This document shows positions 40,101-53,347 of a stretch of DNA of 64,000 nt, in pieces. Numbering within the stretch: the first letter of the stretch is position 1; each line of letters begins with the position of its first letter. Source of the DNA: Vicugna vicugna. Its lineage: Eukaryota. The notes beneath the pieces were generated by a model. It was not told the DNA's origin and did no database searches. It worked only from the letters and a program-made list of their open reading frames with translations. The position numbers and the translations under genes were made by a program. The stretch spans positions 1,488,001 through 1,552,000 of the forward strand of contig MU058059.1 in NCBI GenBank assembly GCA_013265495.1. Direction: 5' to 3'.

Positions 40101-42559
40101 CCTATAAGTGGAGTTTTCTAAGTACACACTTTGCTCTCCTGTGCTGGTGAAGACATCTCAACTTCTTGGGCTGTTAGCCTCAAGGGTTCCTACTCTAAGC
40201 TCAACTGTATGTGTTAAGCTGCCTGAAAAACATCCACATATCTTCCGGGAGTAAAAATCACAGCAAGCTCAGTGTTTTGGAAGAGAAAAGGGTGAAAAAG
40301 TCTTTGTTCTAAGCATCCTTAGAAATTGAGTACATAAAATATAGATTTGCCTGCACCATGCCAGCATCTCTAATAATTCACCTTGATGATGGCTAGTTCC
40401 AGGACTAAAGGGTGTAATGGTCAGAAATTAAAGAACATTATTTTCCATAAAACAAAGAAAAGAACCTTTACATTTTATCTGATATGTGACCACAATAATA
40501 ATAAAATGAGTGGCTGAATGGTCAGTGCTTACATTTTCAGTCAAACCCAGAGTCTAAGCTGGAGAGCCAAGAATTCCAAAATGCGAGGGATTTTGTGGAA
40601 TTTCTTTCCTGTATGAGCCTGTCCCTAACCGACTCAAAATCACTCAACCTTTATTTACCGGCGTCTAACACGCGTCAGGCTACTGCTGGGCTTTGGAAAG
40701 ACGTAGTGAGCCATCCGTTAACCCAAAAGGTTCAAGGGCACGCAGAGAAGGCAGGCCCTACCCTTCAGAGTGAAACAGCGGAAACGGGCCGTTGTGGTAG
40801 GAAAGCATGCCGTGGGGGCATGGAAGCCAGTTTTGGGGAGACGTGGCAGCTTCCTGGAGGAGGAAAAACCACAAGGAGAAAAGCAGGCACAAATGAACGA
40901 AAGCCCACAAGTGGCAGAAGACACTGTCCCTCCCATCACACAAAAATTAGTGTGCCTAAGTCCCACAAACTCTTAGCTGGGTAAAAAGATACACTTTACC
41001 AAGAGGAATATGTTTTAGAAATTCCACAGAAACACGACTGAAAGCTTTAAAAAGTCCAGGTTCTACCCAAATTTTGAAAACTCTAGCTCCTTATACAAGC
41101 ATGTGCGTTCAAGGGTCCAGGGGCTGCCCAGGCCCAGCTGCCCCCACCTCCTTCCCAGATTTCACCAAGCCAGACCTAACAGGGCAGGAACCAGGCGAGG
41201 AGGAAGCTGGTGTGTCTGCTGGCACTCTGCATCAGGATAAATGAGAGCCGTTCTGACAAGTCAGAGAAACCCACCCGAGTCAAAGCCAGGTGCGGTCAGC
41301 TAATCACGGAGCGGATCCGCCGTCAGAGCCCGCATGCCGTCTCCCGGACCCGCACACGTGCCCTGCATACCTTGGCGGTGTCCCAGCACCTCCAAGGTAA
41401 CCAGCATTTTTAAATAGGGAAGTTTCACACCTTTTAAAAATGCAGATTTCCAACTTAGGTTTTTTTTTATAAAATCGTAACAACCCCTTTAGAACGTATA
41501 AGATGGCTAGTCTGCCAGTCTCTACCAGGCCCTCCTGTCTCCATGGTACCGGGGGGCTGTTCCTCCCCTCACTACACTCGTACTCACAGAACTTCTTACA
41601 CTAAACAAGCACCTGTGCTCAGTTTCCAAAGGTGAGAAAATGAAGGTGAAATCGGGAGACCTCTGCGTTTTCCTCTCCCTGCCGGCCTCACTCAATTCCC
41701 TTACCTGCCTAGCCCCTTTAGACATCCAAACCGGGGACCCTGGATTTAGGCCTGAACCCCATTTACCAGAGCGCCATGCCAAACAGCTCCAAGTCGGGGC
41801 ACCACACATGGCGAGATCTAGAAAACTAAATGCAAGAACAGAACACTTGCTCATCTATGAACTGGGTCTTGGGACTGGACCAGTGCTGACTTGGGTCCAT
41901 GTATACTGGCCTGGAATCATGTCTGTAATCTGCGCCTTCATTTGTATTTAGAAAGAAGTTATAACAATAATAATGATGACCAAGGGCAATTCTGTAAACA
42001 CTGTCACTCCAGAAAGCCCCATTTTTAAGTTTGACGTACTCACAAAAGAAGGAACCATGAAGAGTAAGCCATGGCTCATAACCGCAGGGCCAGAGACCTC
42101 TCAGGGGCTGGGAGAGTCTCCCAGTGCTGAGATCAGTGTGGGATGCCAGGTTGTGGGAAACCGAGTAACAGACAGTCCCCGCAGTATATCGGGTCATTTT
42201 AGACCTTTTTGTTCAGGACTGAAAATGCTTCCCCTCGGGCGGCTGGATGGCCGCACTAAGACCACATGCACTCGGATGCACGTGTTGGTCCACCTGCGGA
42301 CAGACTGACAGCTCAAATTCAGGAGGGCTGTCAGACCTGGTACAAGCTAAGCAGAATACAAAAAAAAAAAACACCCATGGCCACAGAAAAGGGAAAGAAG
42401 TCCACGTTTGTTAAACTCCAAAACCATGTACCAAGCACAAAGCTGGGTGCTCGACATGCAGGTATCAGAAACACACCAAGCTGTCTCCTGGAACATAACC
42501 CACATGCAGCAGATTTCACACTGGCAGCACGATCAAAGCCAAGTTACGAGGTGTGCTTC

Positions 42560-43050
42560 ATCCCAGTCTCTCCCCATCCTCAAAAATTTACCCTCTTCTC
42601 ATGCTAAAATCCAGGGTAGCAACCTTACCCTCTTGTCCATAAGCAATTTTGTCAATTCTACCTCCAAAATACTCCTGAAGTCCCCCGACCTAAGCCCATC
42701 TGCACACCTGCCTCCCCTGCCTGGACACCCACAGAGGCCTCCCAGCAGCTCTGGGCACCTGCACAGTGCTCTGCAGACCACAGCCCAAGGGGGCCCCTCC
42801 CAACACAAGGCAGATCACAGACCATGCTGTGCCTTGCTCAGACTCTGCAAAGCCTTCCTGTGGCAAGAAAAACAGAATGTGAAATGCACAATGTGGCCTT
42901 CCTGGGGTTTCCTCTCTGGGCCTGACTGCCCCCAGCCCCTCGCTTACCCAGGCCGGGCCCTTCCCGTCCCCCGGGCACCAAGCTCTCTCCCACCTCGGGG
43001 CCTCACACACATGCTTCCTTCTCCCTGAACTTTCTGCCCTGCTCCCCACT
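42560..43050 (+). mobile_element. L2 LINE fragment
   Basis: tgtcaattctacctccaaaata...ctgcacagtgctctgcagaccacagccc...gatcac...ccttgctcagactct L2 motifs. Confidence 0.6.
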
Positions 43051-45069
43051 TGGCTGGTGGCTCCTCTCCTGGGAGAAGCCTCTTCTACCCACAAACCCGC
43101 ATTAGGCACTTCTGTGGGTCTTTCCCATAATATACTTAGAGTTCGTCCTTAGACTGGAGGAGTCTTTAACGTCTGTCCGCTTGCTGGACTCTGCGCTCCA
43201 TGAAGGGGGGGTTGTGTCTGTATCAGTCACCCCAGACACACAGCACAGACACAAATGGATGCCCAGCAAAGATGCCTCGGCCCCGTTTAGGTCCCTTAAC
43301 ACACTTCCCTCAGAAAAACAGGGCGCCGGGCAACAATGGCTTAATCTCAAAGGCTATCACAATCGTAAAAGTTATCCTAACACCCACACACCAAAACGCT
43401 GTGTATGACAGTGTCCTGCCGCCCATCTGTCCCTCTAGGTAAATACCTCCTCTCTAGCCAGGTACGGGGACAAGAGACTCAACACTGCTGCTCAGCTCCC
43501 ACATCCCCCACCTGGCCCTCCAAACAAGCAATTAATCAATTATTAATTGTGGCAGCTGCCACATGCTCATCACTTAAGACCCCTCGTCAGAAGGGACGCA
43601 CAAGCCCTGTCCACAACATCAAGTTTCATTAAGAAAACGATTCACACATGAGCTGCAATCAATAGAGCACGGAGAACAGTTCAGCAGGTCTGCTGAGCGG
43701 GGGCCTACTGCAGTGATGTCCTCCCCCCAAAAAGGCGCACGCGGGTGGGGGGTCGGGGGTGGGGAATGAGAGCTCTGACAGGCTCAGAGAAAAGGTTGCA
43801 TTTTCCCACGGCCACTGTGGAAAACTGTATTTGCAAAATAAAATAGGGAAACATTCAGCGCAAGTGCTTAAATAAAAAAATGGTATCACGTGTGTGAATT
43901 AATTGGAGTTTCATTTCTCCCAAGTACATTCTAATTCATTGTTTTTGCTTTATTTTGCCTAGACAAACAAGATAATATCTATATTTGCACTACTTGCTGC
44001 AAGAGCCCTGTGGAAGTACGTCAACAGTCCATGGACCTAAACAGTTTTCTTCAGCTGGAAGTATGCTCCTACAATAAACTATCCCCAAAATGCTCTCCAC
44101 TGCTGCAAGGTGGAAACGCTCTGTAGGCCACAAAACACCACTCAAATGAAAGGGGACATCTCTATATATCAAACAGAAAGCTCACACTGAAGCCTTCCCA
44201 CCGGGAAACCTCTTTCTAGCCAAGTTCAACTTCATCTCCTCTGTTACGGCTTTTCATCAGCAACAGATGAGACCTGACCCGAGGTCCCCCTCTGGTCCTG
44301 CACTGGCTTTGCCCCTTTTCCTCCCGCATCTGACCACTTTCTGGTCTCTCAGGGATCCTTTGCTGGCTGTGGACACAGTCACCAGTCTCGGCCCTGCCCT
44401 TTTCTCTCGGTATCATTTATTCCCTGCATCCTGCTTTTTACCTCCGTCACCCCCGTAGCGGCAGGCTGTTTCCCTGCAGGCTTGTCTCCTGGCCCAGCAC
44501 CAGAGCTCCTCTCTCCAAACTCACCACCTCAGCATCTCTTGAATGTAGGATTTCAGAAACTGAACTCCCCTTCCCAGCTCCACTCTGATCTCAACTCACC
44601 AACCTGGCTCTCCAGCCAACCCCCGCATTTCACAGTAGCAGCATTCTTTAAAATGATTAACTGAAACAATTAACCCGTGTCTAACCGTGGTTTTGAAACT
44701 CTCCTTTAACTCTGAAGAAGAGGACCCTAAGACACAGCTCTTCCTCCTCTTCCAGGTGACAACACCAGGCCTTCCAGCTGAAAACCCTCCTTCATAATCA
44801 GATGGGCTTCCCAGCAGCAGCTGCTTCCCCACCCAGCCTCTGCTCACCCCTGGGTTCAGTCCTGCAGACACCTGCTGAGTATGCTCTTAACTGCCAAGGA
44901 CCAGGTCAGGCATCAGAGGGCTATTAGCATTTCCTTGAAAAGTTCTGACCTCAGCACAAAAACACCCTGAATAAAGAGAACTAAGGACACGTTCCTGCCC
45001 TTGAAGGACCTATATGGGTTACTTACAGACCGAAACTTAAGTCTTGAAAAACATAGCAAACTTTTTCTT

Positions 45070-45282
45070 GATGACTATAGTTAACAAGTGTATTGTATAT
45101 TGGAAACTTACTAAGAGTAGCTCTTAAAAGTCCTCAATCACAAGAAAACAAAATTTAACTGTGAGATGATGGATGTTAATTAAACTTATTGTGGTAATTA
45201 CTCCACATCTATCAAATCACTGTGTTGCACACCTGAGACACAAAACAATGTTATATGTCAACCAAAAACTTAATAAAAAGGA
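45070..45282 (+). mobile_element. L1MA-like 3'UTR end
   Basis: gactatagttaaca..gtattgtatattggaaa...gagatgatggatgttaattaaacttattgtggtaat...gttatatgtcaa. Confidence 0.85.
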
Positions 45283-45589
45283 AATGGCAAAATCTAAGGT
45301 CTGGGCCATTAAAAAAAAAATGTTTATACTTATATGCACCGATAGGTGAACCAAGAAAAGTCTAAGTCAAAAGAAGGAACTTTGGTTGTGAGAATCAAAG
45401 AAGCCTTCACAGAGGAGAAATTATGCTCAATCATGAAAAATGAATAAATGTTTTCTAGTCTATTAGACTAAACAGGAGCTAGTGGGGAGAGCCCATACCT
45501 GGCACGGCAAATAATTTCTCTTAGCTCTAAAGAAATCATCATCAACCCTTTTGAGGCATGAGCCCTGTCTCCCCTCAGGTTCTTGGTGC

Positions 45590-45875
45590 AGGGGATTCAG
45601 GAGTAAGCACACGGATAACAGTTTCTCCCTTCTTTGCTGGAGGGCAACAGTCAATTAGCAAATATAAGTGTTTCACGAAAAATGAGGCAGGCTAAGAGAG
45701 TAGCAAAAGATGGCTCTGGTGGGTGGAGGTGCTGTGTTATGTACAGGCTGGTCAGGGAAGACTTCAGTGAGGTGACATTTGAGCTGGGAGCAAGTGAGCA
45801 AGACCTGGATGTGTGGGAGAAGAGACTTCTAGTTGGAGGGAACAGCCAGGTACCCTAAGGCAGAGTGAGCCCGAT
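45590..45875 (-). mobile_element. L2 LINE fragment
   Basis: ggtcagggaagacttcagtgaggtgacatttgagctg...gagggaacagccaggtac. Confidence 0.75.
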
Positions 45876-46959
45876 GTGTGTTCCCACATTCTTCTTCCAT
45901 CTACACAATAGTCATTCCTCAAGACTCAGCCCAAGGTCTGACTCCTTCTGGGTCCTTTTCTGATCACTCCAAACCCCAAAGACGGTCTCCTTGCCAAACC
46001 CTCTGACCACTGTCTGTTTTATAACGCTGCCATTTTATTTTAGATTGTTTTAGTCTCAGATCCTATTTAGTTCCTTGTCATACTGTTTTCTACTCAAGGG
46101 GCTTGGCTTGTGTGTTTTATCTCTTCAACAAACCAAAAGTCAAGCTGTTAGTGGTTTCTCATATGAATGTATAAACATAAATAGAAGATGGTTTATCACA
46201 GAAGTAACATTTTTTAAGAAAAGTAAAGATGAGTTAGAAGTGTAAGATACAAATCACACAGGTATTGACTGCAATGAAATCTACAAATAGCAGAGCTCAC
46301 CCAAGATTCCTACATGAAATTAAAAATGCACTTAACTTCTCTTTAAAGTGAAAGCACAGTTCCTTAACTTTCCTTAATTCTACCTTCACCAGATCACCTT
46401 CCCACCAATATTCTTTCTCAGGAAACAGAACGGGAGCTCACTGAAGATGCAGACCAATCTCAATACTTCTGACCCCAACACAGTCCAGCAAAGTGCTAAG
46501 TAACAACTCCACAGTCAAGGTCACCTGCAATACAAACCCATCAGTGCGCCTTACAATCTGAGAACATAATAAATAGCAGTTTTAAGCTCATCTTTCTTGT
46601 TACTCAGCAATTACACACTGAGTATAGCAAAATCCAATCCATCTGGATGCTCCGAAAATCTCTACTCTTTCAACCCTTTTTCCAGATTCTTAGCTACAAT
46701 AAGGAGTAACTGAAGTTACTCAGCATCTTATGAAGAGCTAAAGGCATTCGAAGTCTTTATATTACCAAACATCAAGAACAAACCGCAACCCACCACCGTT
46801 TGCCACTTTAACCTTTTTTGAAAACACCAAGAGACCCCACTACACTTATTCTGCCAAGTACTCAAACCAGAGATTGCCAGGGTCATCTTCTGGATCAGCT
46901 CCAAAGACGCGATCCAGAAGACAGTGCCACGGGCAAGTCCTAGTGGAGACAGCGTCGCC

Positions 46960-48260
46960 CTGCAGTTAGACTGAGTCGTGGGCACCGAAACGGCCCAGCC
47001 GAGCAGGTCCGGTCCCCAGGCTGGGATCGCCGGGCTTTCTCGTGCGCTAGTTTCAAAGTAACTATGACCAGACCGTCCTTTTATGCAGTTTCCGCTTGGG
47101 GCATGGACGGATTAAGAATGCCCCTCTAAGTGAAAACAGACGTATGTAAAATAAAGCACATTCTGCGGACTTGCATCAATGTAGGGGACGGAACCCAGCA
47201 GAGCGCCCCGACCTCCCGGCAACGCCCGCGCGGACCCGGCAGGTGACCGCGCGCCGCCCAGGTGAGCCCGGCCCGGCCGCGGTTCCGGGCGGAGCGCGGG
47301 GGAGAGCGGTCAGCTCGTGCTCCAGGGCCCGGCGGGCGGGGGTGCGCGGAAGGCGGGGAGCCGGGCGGAGGGGCTTGGCGCCCGAGCGCCCCGGCCGCGG
47401 ACCCCGCCCGGCTCGCACGACGGTTGCCGGCGGCGGCAGGGAGCGGGAGCCGCGGGGCCCCCGGCCCGAGAGGAAACCGCGCCCCGCGCACGGCGCCCGG
47501 GCCTGAGGGCGGGTCGGACCCCGCGAGTCACGCCGGCCCCCGCGGCCAGCCCGACTCGTCCGAAGTGGGCGACACGTGGGCAGCGTCTCGCGGGGGAGCC
47601 CGGCGCGCGCCCGGCGGCGAAAGAGCGAGAGCGAGAGCAAGAGCCGGCGCCGGGCGAGGCAACTCCCGACCGCCGCCGCCCCCAACCCAGCCCGCAGCGG
47701 GCGACGCACTCCCCCTCGGGCTGCGCGCGGGGCGGAGGCCACCGGCGGCGGCGTCCTCCTTACCCGGAGCAGAGCAGTGCCGTCCGCAACGCCGACTTGG
47801 CGACTGGCGGGGGCGCGAGCCGGAGCAGCCAGGTTTCGGCGGCCCAGCTGCGGCGCCGCGGGCCAGGCGGCGCAGGGCGGGAGGGGCGTGGGGTGTGGGG
47901 CCTCGGGACCGCCCGGCGCGCATGCTCCCGCCGCACCTGCCGCCTGGCGTGCGCTCCCGTGCGCTCCAGGGCAGCACGGGGCACGCGGGGTCCGGCTCTC
48001 CAGTGCGCGAGGGGGCGGGGGCAGCTGCCTCCTGACCCGCTCCCTGGGAAGGAACCCGCAGCCTTGCTCCTGCCCGCCCCGCATCCCGCCCCGCGTCCCG
48101 GGGCTCTCGCCCCTGCCTCACCTGGCTCCCAGGGTCCACGTGCCGAATGTTCTCCCTTCTCCAGGTTCTCCTCCGTCCTGCTGTTCCTTCCGACTTGGCT
48201 ACCTCCTCTCAGATGGCCCTTTCCCACTCTTGGCTACGCACGCGTCGGCGGATATCATTT
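46960..48260. promoter_or_regulatory. L3MBTL4: CpG island promoter of L3MBTL4
   Basis: Very GC- and CpG-rich core 47180-48130. SP/KLF boxes GGGGCGTGGGG (47883-47893) and GGGGCGGGG (~48012), NRF1-like GCGCGCATGCTC (47916-47927), CACGTG E-boxes (47573, 48137), CCAAT (48296). Confidence 0.9.
47764..47870 (-). other. L3MBTL4: Candidate non-coding exon 1 of L3MBTL4 (5' end approximate)
   Basis: Donor CCGG|GTAAGG (GT at 47763-47762) inside the CpG island, just downstream of GC-box/NRF1-like motifs. The TSS position is inferred. Confidence 0.65.
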
Positions 48261-50073
48261 CAAATTGAAAGAATACTTTTTTCAGGTGGCCGCAACCAAT
48301 ATTGAAGGATCCTGTTCTCCTGCTCGAGATGGAGAGGGAAACAAGATTCCGCTGAGTTCCTGTCCTCGTGGAATTTAACAGTCTTAGTGATTAACGTGAG
48401 GCTTTCACGAAGCTTCATCTCCGGTTTGGGGAGGAACTAATTAAATTATTTATTTTGGCACGTAATTAAAAGTAGCCAGTAACTGAAGACTGTATTTTGT
48501 GACTTTTAATGGGATTTTCTTTCATGAAGGTTTCTTGTGTATAAATTCTAGTATGCATATAGTAGCTGGTACTTTATACTAGTTTGTTGCTTTCAGCAAG
48601 TAATTTAACACAATTAACAATAATTTCCAAAATGTTGTTTTGACTTTTTTTTTTTTGGATTTGTTGTTGGCGACCATAAATCAAAAACTAAAACTATTTT
48701 GTTTTCCAGGTGAGACTGGTCCTTTGGTAGACATAATGTAGTGTTATTGAATAGAGAAATATAAAACCCTTTGCTAATGTAGTCTTTAAATTAGGAACCA
48801 TGTTCAGACATTTTAAAGTACAAACACACACACACAAACTGTGCTGTGCTCTAATCAGTTAAGAAAAAGAGATTTGAATCAAAGACAAAAGCAAAGGGAA
48901 GCAGAAAGCATCAGTATAGAGAGAACATTTAAAGTAGATCTAATGAAGTGAGGCACCTGTTTTCATTCCATTCTTCTGTGCTTGTCCTAAAGACCTTATA
49001 GAGTTGTGATGTATTTCTGTGACAACAGGCACACTTCAGGGTAGGACCTTTGCTTACTTACTCACCTGACTGCATAAAATTAGTGTGGGACACAATGGGT
49101 GAATGAGAATCCCCACCCCCTACTACTTGCCTGAGGACAGATAGCATTTTTGGTGAAGGACACGACTTTGATTACTGCAGTGTAACCCAGTCCTTCCCAG
49201 AGGTGATCATTTGTCTTTCAAGAATCTTAAGTCTTCATGATATAAACATCAAAATGTTCCCAGCACAGAAAGAGTTAAGGACACTCCTGGTTTCACTTGT
49301 CTCTTAGAAATACCAATATTAATATTATACAAAATTTAAAAAATCGGATTGAAATCGAAACAGTGAATTTATATCACCTTGTCTACACTTTTGGGAAGAA
49401 ACAGTTATTACATGTTTATTGAATATATTTGCCTTATATTTATGAAAACAGAAACACTTCATTGGCTAGGTTTAAATAAGGGAAAGGATGCACCAATAAA
49501 ACAGGTAACACAGGCAGAGGACCTCATCCTGAGTTACTTAAAAGTAACTCTATGGGTGCACATTGCTGACAACAACATATTCAAAGAAGTGACATCTGTT
49601 TTAAACAATCCTGTTATTCAAATTATATGGAAATATCAGCAGGAATGCATAGCTACACTGATTACAGAATTTTCCAAAAGCTGTTGTAGTAAAATAAAGC
49701 CCTTTATTTTGAACAGCTGCAGATTAAAACGAAACAGCTACATTGTTGATTACTATAACATTACCAATGGTCCGTTACGAGCTATGGGGTTTAGAACACT
49801 GGTGGTTACCAGGTATTTTATTTTTATAATTCAGTTGAGTCTGACAGACTCTTAAGTAGCAAAGCTGATGCTGACCAGATAGATATGGTTGGTTTATTGT
49901 TGGGACAGGACCCTCTGGTGACATGGTAAACACCCAAGAACTCCTTTCTGTAGGTTATCAAAACGTAACAGTCACAGTTCTGTGTAATGTGTCTTTATCT
50001 ATTTTAGGTGGAAACATAACCTTCCCATTTGCTAAGATAGTGACTGGCTTTATTCAAGGAACACTCCATTTTA

Positions 50074-50156
50074 TTTTATTTTTTAATTTAAGTATAGTTG
50101 GTTTACAATGTTGTGTTACTTTCTGGTGTATAGCATAGTGATTCAGTTATACATAC

Positions 50157-50187
<31 letters not shown>

Positions 50188-50684
50188 TCTTTTTCATTAT
50201 AGGCTATTACATGGTATTAAATATAGTTCCCTGTGCTATACAGTAGGATAATGTTGTTTATCTATTTTATATGTAATAGTTAGTATCTGCAAATCCTGAA
50301 CTCCCAATTTATCCCTCCACCCCTCTCTTTCCCCACTGGTAACCATAGGTTTGTTTTCTATGTCTGTGAGTCTGTTTCTGTTTTGTAAATAAATTCATTT
50401 GTGTCATATTTTTAGATTCCACATAAAAGTGATATCATACGGTATTTTTCTTTCTCCTTCTGGCTTCCTTCACTTAGTATGATGATCTCCGGGTCCATCC
50501 ATATTGCTGCAAATGGCATTATTTTACTCCTTTTTATGAATGAGTAGTATTCCATTGTATAAATATACCACAACTTCTTTATCCAGTCATCTGTCGATGG
50601 ATGTTAGGTTGCTTCCATGTCTTGGCTACTGTAAATAGTGCTACTATGAATATTGGGGCCCATGTATCTTTTCAAATTAGAGTT
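50074..50684 (-). mobile_element. 5'-truncated L1 with exact target-site duplication; internal (TA)n
   Basis: Cetartiodactyl L1 3' end. TSD aacactccatttta at 50060-50073 and 50685-50698. Confidence 0.95.
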
Positions 50685-52055
50685 AACACTCCATTTTAAA
50701 ATTTGCTAAATTTATTTTTCCTGATTGGGTGTTTTTATTTCATTTTATATGTTATATATATGTTATTTTTATAAGCATACATGTTATTTTTTCCAATGAA
50801 AATTAAATTACATTGCTGTATTACCTAATCAATAGCAAGATTGGCCTTTGACATAAATTTGTTTTTAAAACTCAAGATTACTTCCTAACTTATACTTGGG
50901 GCCATTTGCAAGAGCTAAGCACAGAGTGAATTCCTTTACACCTGTCAGTGTAATTGAAGAGGTCTTAATCTTAATAGCGTTCTGTGCTTGCTCCCCAAGC
51001 AAACTATCAATTGCAGCTAAAATTGTTTCTGGTCACCATTTATCTTCAGTAGTTATTTCCATAAAGTTTATTTTTATATTAATGCCATTGTTAATCACTT
51101 TACCCACACAGAATTGTATTTTCTCTGTTACATTTTATCTGTTACAGCAATATTTTCCTAAGTGGGCTGTCCGACATTAGACTTCCTTTAATGGCTTTAG
51201 ATATAAGTTATTGCACAGTTCTATTTAAATGTAAACGTTCATTTAGAAAGACATGGTACAAATAGTTTTGAAGAATTAAAACCAATTTTAAAGAAATTAT
51301 ACCAAAAGCTTCAAAAAGAAGATAACATAGACATTATACTATTTTGAAGTAATAACTTAAAATCTGTATAGAAATCTTTTTATTTTTATGTTTGTACTTT
51401 TAGTTGAACAAAGCTATCATAAAGTAGCAGAAAAACACTGTTTCCAGGTATACTCCCTTGAATTTTTAAAAATCCAACTTATACCCAGTATTTCTGGTGA
51501 TGTTTAGAGTCTATATAAACTGAACAAGACAAGGAATCACATCATATGCAAACTTCATTTCCCAGTACAACCATCACTGAGTAAACTAATAGGATCTGGA
51601 GAAGGGCTTGAAAACTGCACAAGGAAAGCTATCAATCCTTTAATCTTATTTTCATAAGTATTGATGACACACTACACCATTTCCAACGTGAGAGACGTAG
51701 AAAAAGAAAAACGGAAAATTCAGAGCTAAGCAGTTCTTATTTTCTTGAATAGCAATGCGCCCAAAGTAACTTGTAGCTGGTCATGCCTTCTCTAAACATT
51801 ACCAGGTGGGAGAGCACGGTGAACACAGGCTAGGTGTCAGGAAAGCTGGTGGTTATTCCCACCTCTGCCTTTGACCCACCTTGGGAAAAACAAGCTGGCT
51901 CCACGGGACGTGTTTCATGGCACAGCACTTACTATGGGGATCATCAAGTTCACGGTCTGGGTCTTGTTCTCAACATTGTAGGTCCATTGTTAATGCTCCT
52001 AGAAGTAAAGGAACCAGCCAAAGACAAGAATGCTGATTATACTGATAGATATAAC

Positions 52056-52185
52056 TGTTACCCACTCGGGGTCCTTGGACTCTTCAATTAATCGAAGTCG
52101 GTAAGATGCCAAATGAGGAATTTAGGCACGGCTTTATTGGGCTTCGTGCCCAGTAGTCATAGGAGGCAAATGCAGCTGCTCATGC
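52056..52185 (-). mobile_element. ERV1-type LTR 3' (R/U5) fragment
   Basis: Reverse strand reads aataaagccgtgcctaaattcctcatttggc...attgaagagtccaaggaccccgagtgggtaaCA. Confidence 0.6.
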
Positions 52186-53101
52186 TTTGCACGGCTGTGG
52201 TCAGCACTGTATTATCACCACTCTCCATGAATGGTCTCTTGAAGTCTGACATCTGCCCCCAGTGCTCTATGAAACAGTTCTCTTAAAGGTTATAAATGGC
52301 CCTAGAATGGTCCAAAATCATTTCATTATCTGGGTATCCACTTCCTGGACTCATCTGTAACTTCTGAGTACATTCAGCCTGACCTCATTCAAATCCTGTC
52401 CTTTGGCCTAGGTCAAGGACAAAACCTCTTTGGGGTCACTTTTCTTTTTAAAAAAGGCAACATCATCAGACAGAATCAGGGGTCTTTCCAGAAATCAAAG
52501 TCCAGAAGCACTGTCTGAGGTTACAATGCACCGGGACCCATCACTCCGGGCACTCTGGTCTCTCGAGTCCTTTCTGCTGTCTGTACACATCCTCTGTCTC
52601 AGCAGATATAACGCAGCTCCCCCTAACCTGCCCCGGCCCCTGGCCCAACTTCACTTCCAGTTCAAGCAGCTAGCAGACTGGCTCACTCTGCTGAATTCCA
52701 GTTTCTCATTCCTGGGAGAGAAAGATTAATTGGCTCATCTTGACTCACAAGTCTACTCTTAACCTTGTAAGGGGGCAGAGACACATGTTCAGAAGGGGAC
52801 AGATGCCCACACCTGGCACAGGTGTAGTATAGGAGGGGCAGACACCCCAAAAGCTGTATCCCTCCAAAGCCTCAAGAAACTTCTCTGGGTCTCTTTGGCC
52901 TACACTTTCAAGTCTAGATATTATCCTAAACCCTTCCAGGTACCACACTTTACCCCAAAAGACACAGCCAGCTCCATCTCCACTCCATCACTGTGACCAG
53001 GACACGCCCTGTCCCAGAATGGCTGCAAGTTCTGTCACTTTGTCCTGGAGCCTTGTATGGGAGCACTCTTCTCTCACAGCTTTTTCTGAATATTGAAATA
53101 A

Positions 53102-53347
53102 TGATTTGCAGATACTAACTATTGTGTATAAAACAGATAAACAACAACGTTCTACTGTGTAGCACAGGGAACTATACTCAGTATCTTGTAATAACCTACA
53201 ATGAAAAAGAATATGAAAACGAATATATGTATGCATATATATGACTGAAACGTGATGCTGTACACCAGACATTGACACACTGTAAAATGACCATACTTCA
53301 GTAAAAATAAATAAACAAACAAAAAGCTAAATAAATAAACAAACAAA
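53102..53347 (+). mobile_element. 5'-truncated cetartiodactyl-type L1 3'UTR
   Basis: gatttgcagatactaactat...gcacagggaactatactcagtatcttgtaataacc..., (TAAA/CAAA)n tail. Confidence 0.92.

Noticed and set aside
42408..43028. 206-aa ORF
   Set aside because: Runs through a degenerate L2 fragment; non-ATG start.
47126..48378. Many long overlapping ORFs (up to 353 aa) across the CpG island
   Set aside because: Ala/Arg/Gly/Pro-rich frames on both strands, expected from stop-codon scarcity in GC-rich DNA; no recognisable domain.
49379..49855. 158-aa AT-rich ORF
   Set aside because: Non-ATG start, no recognisable homology or splice context.
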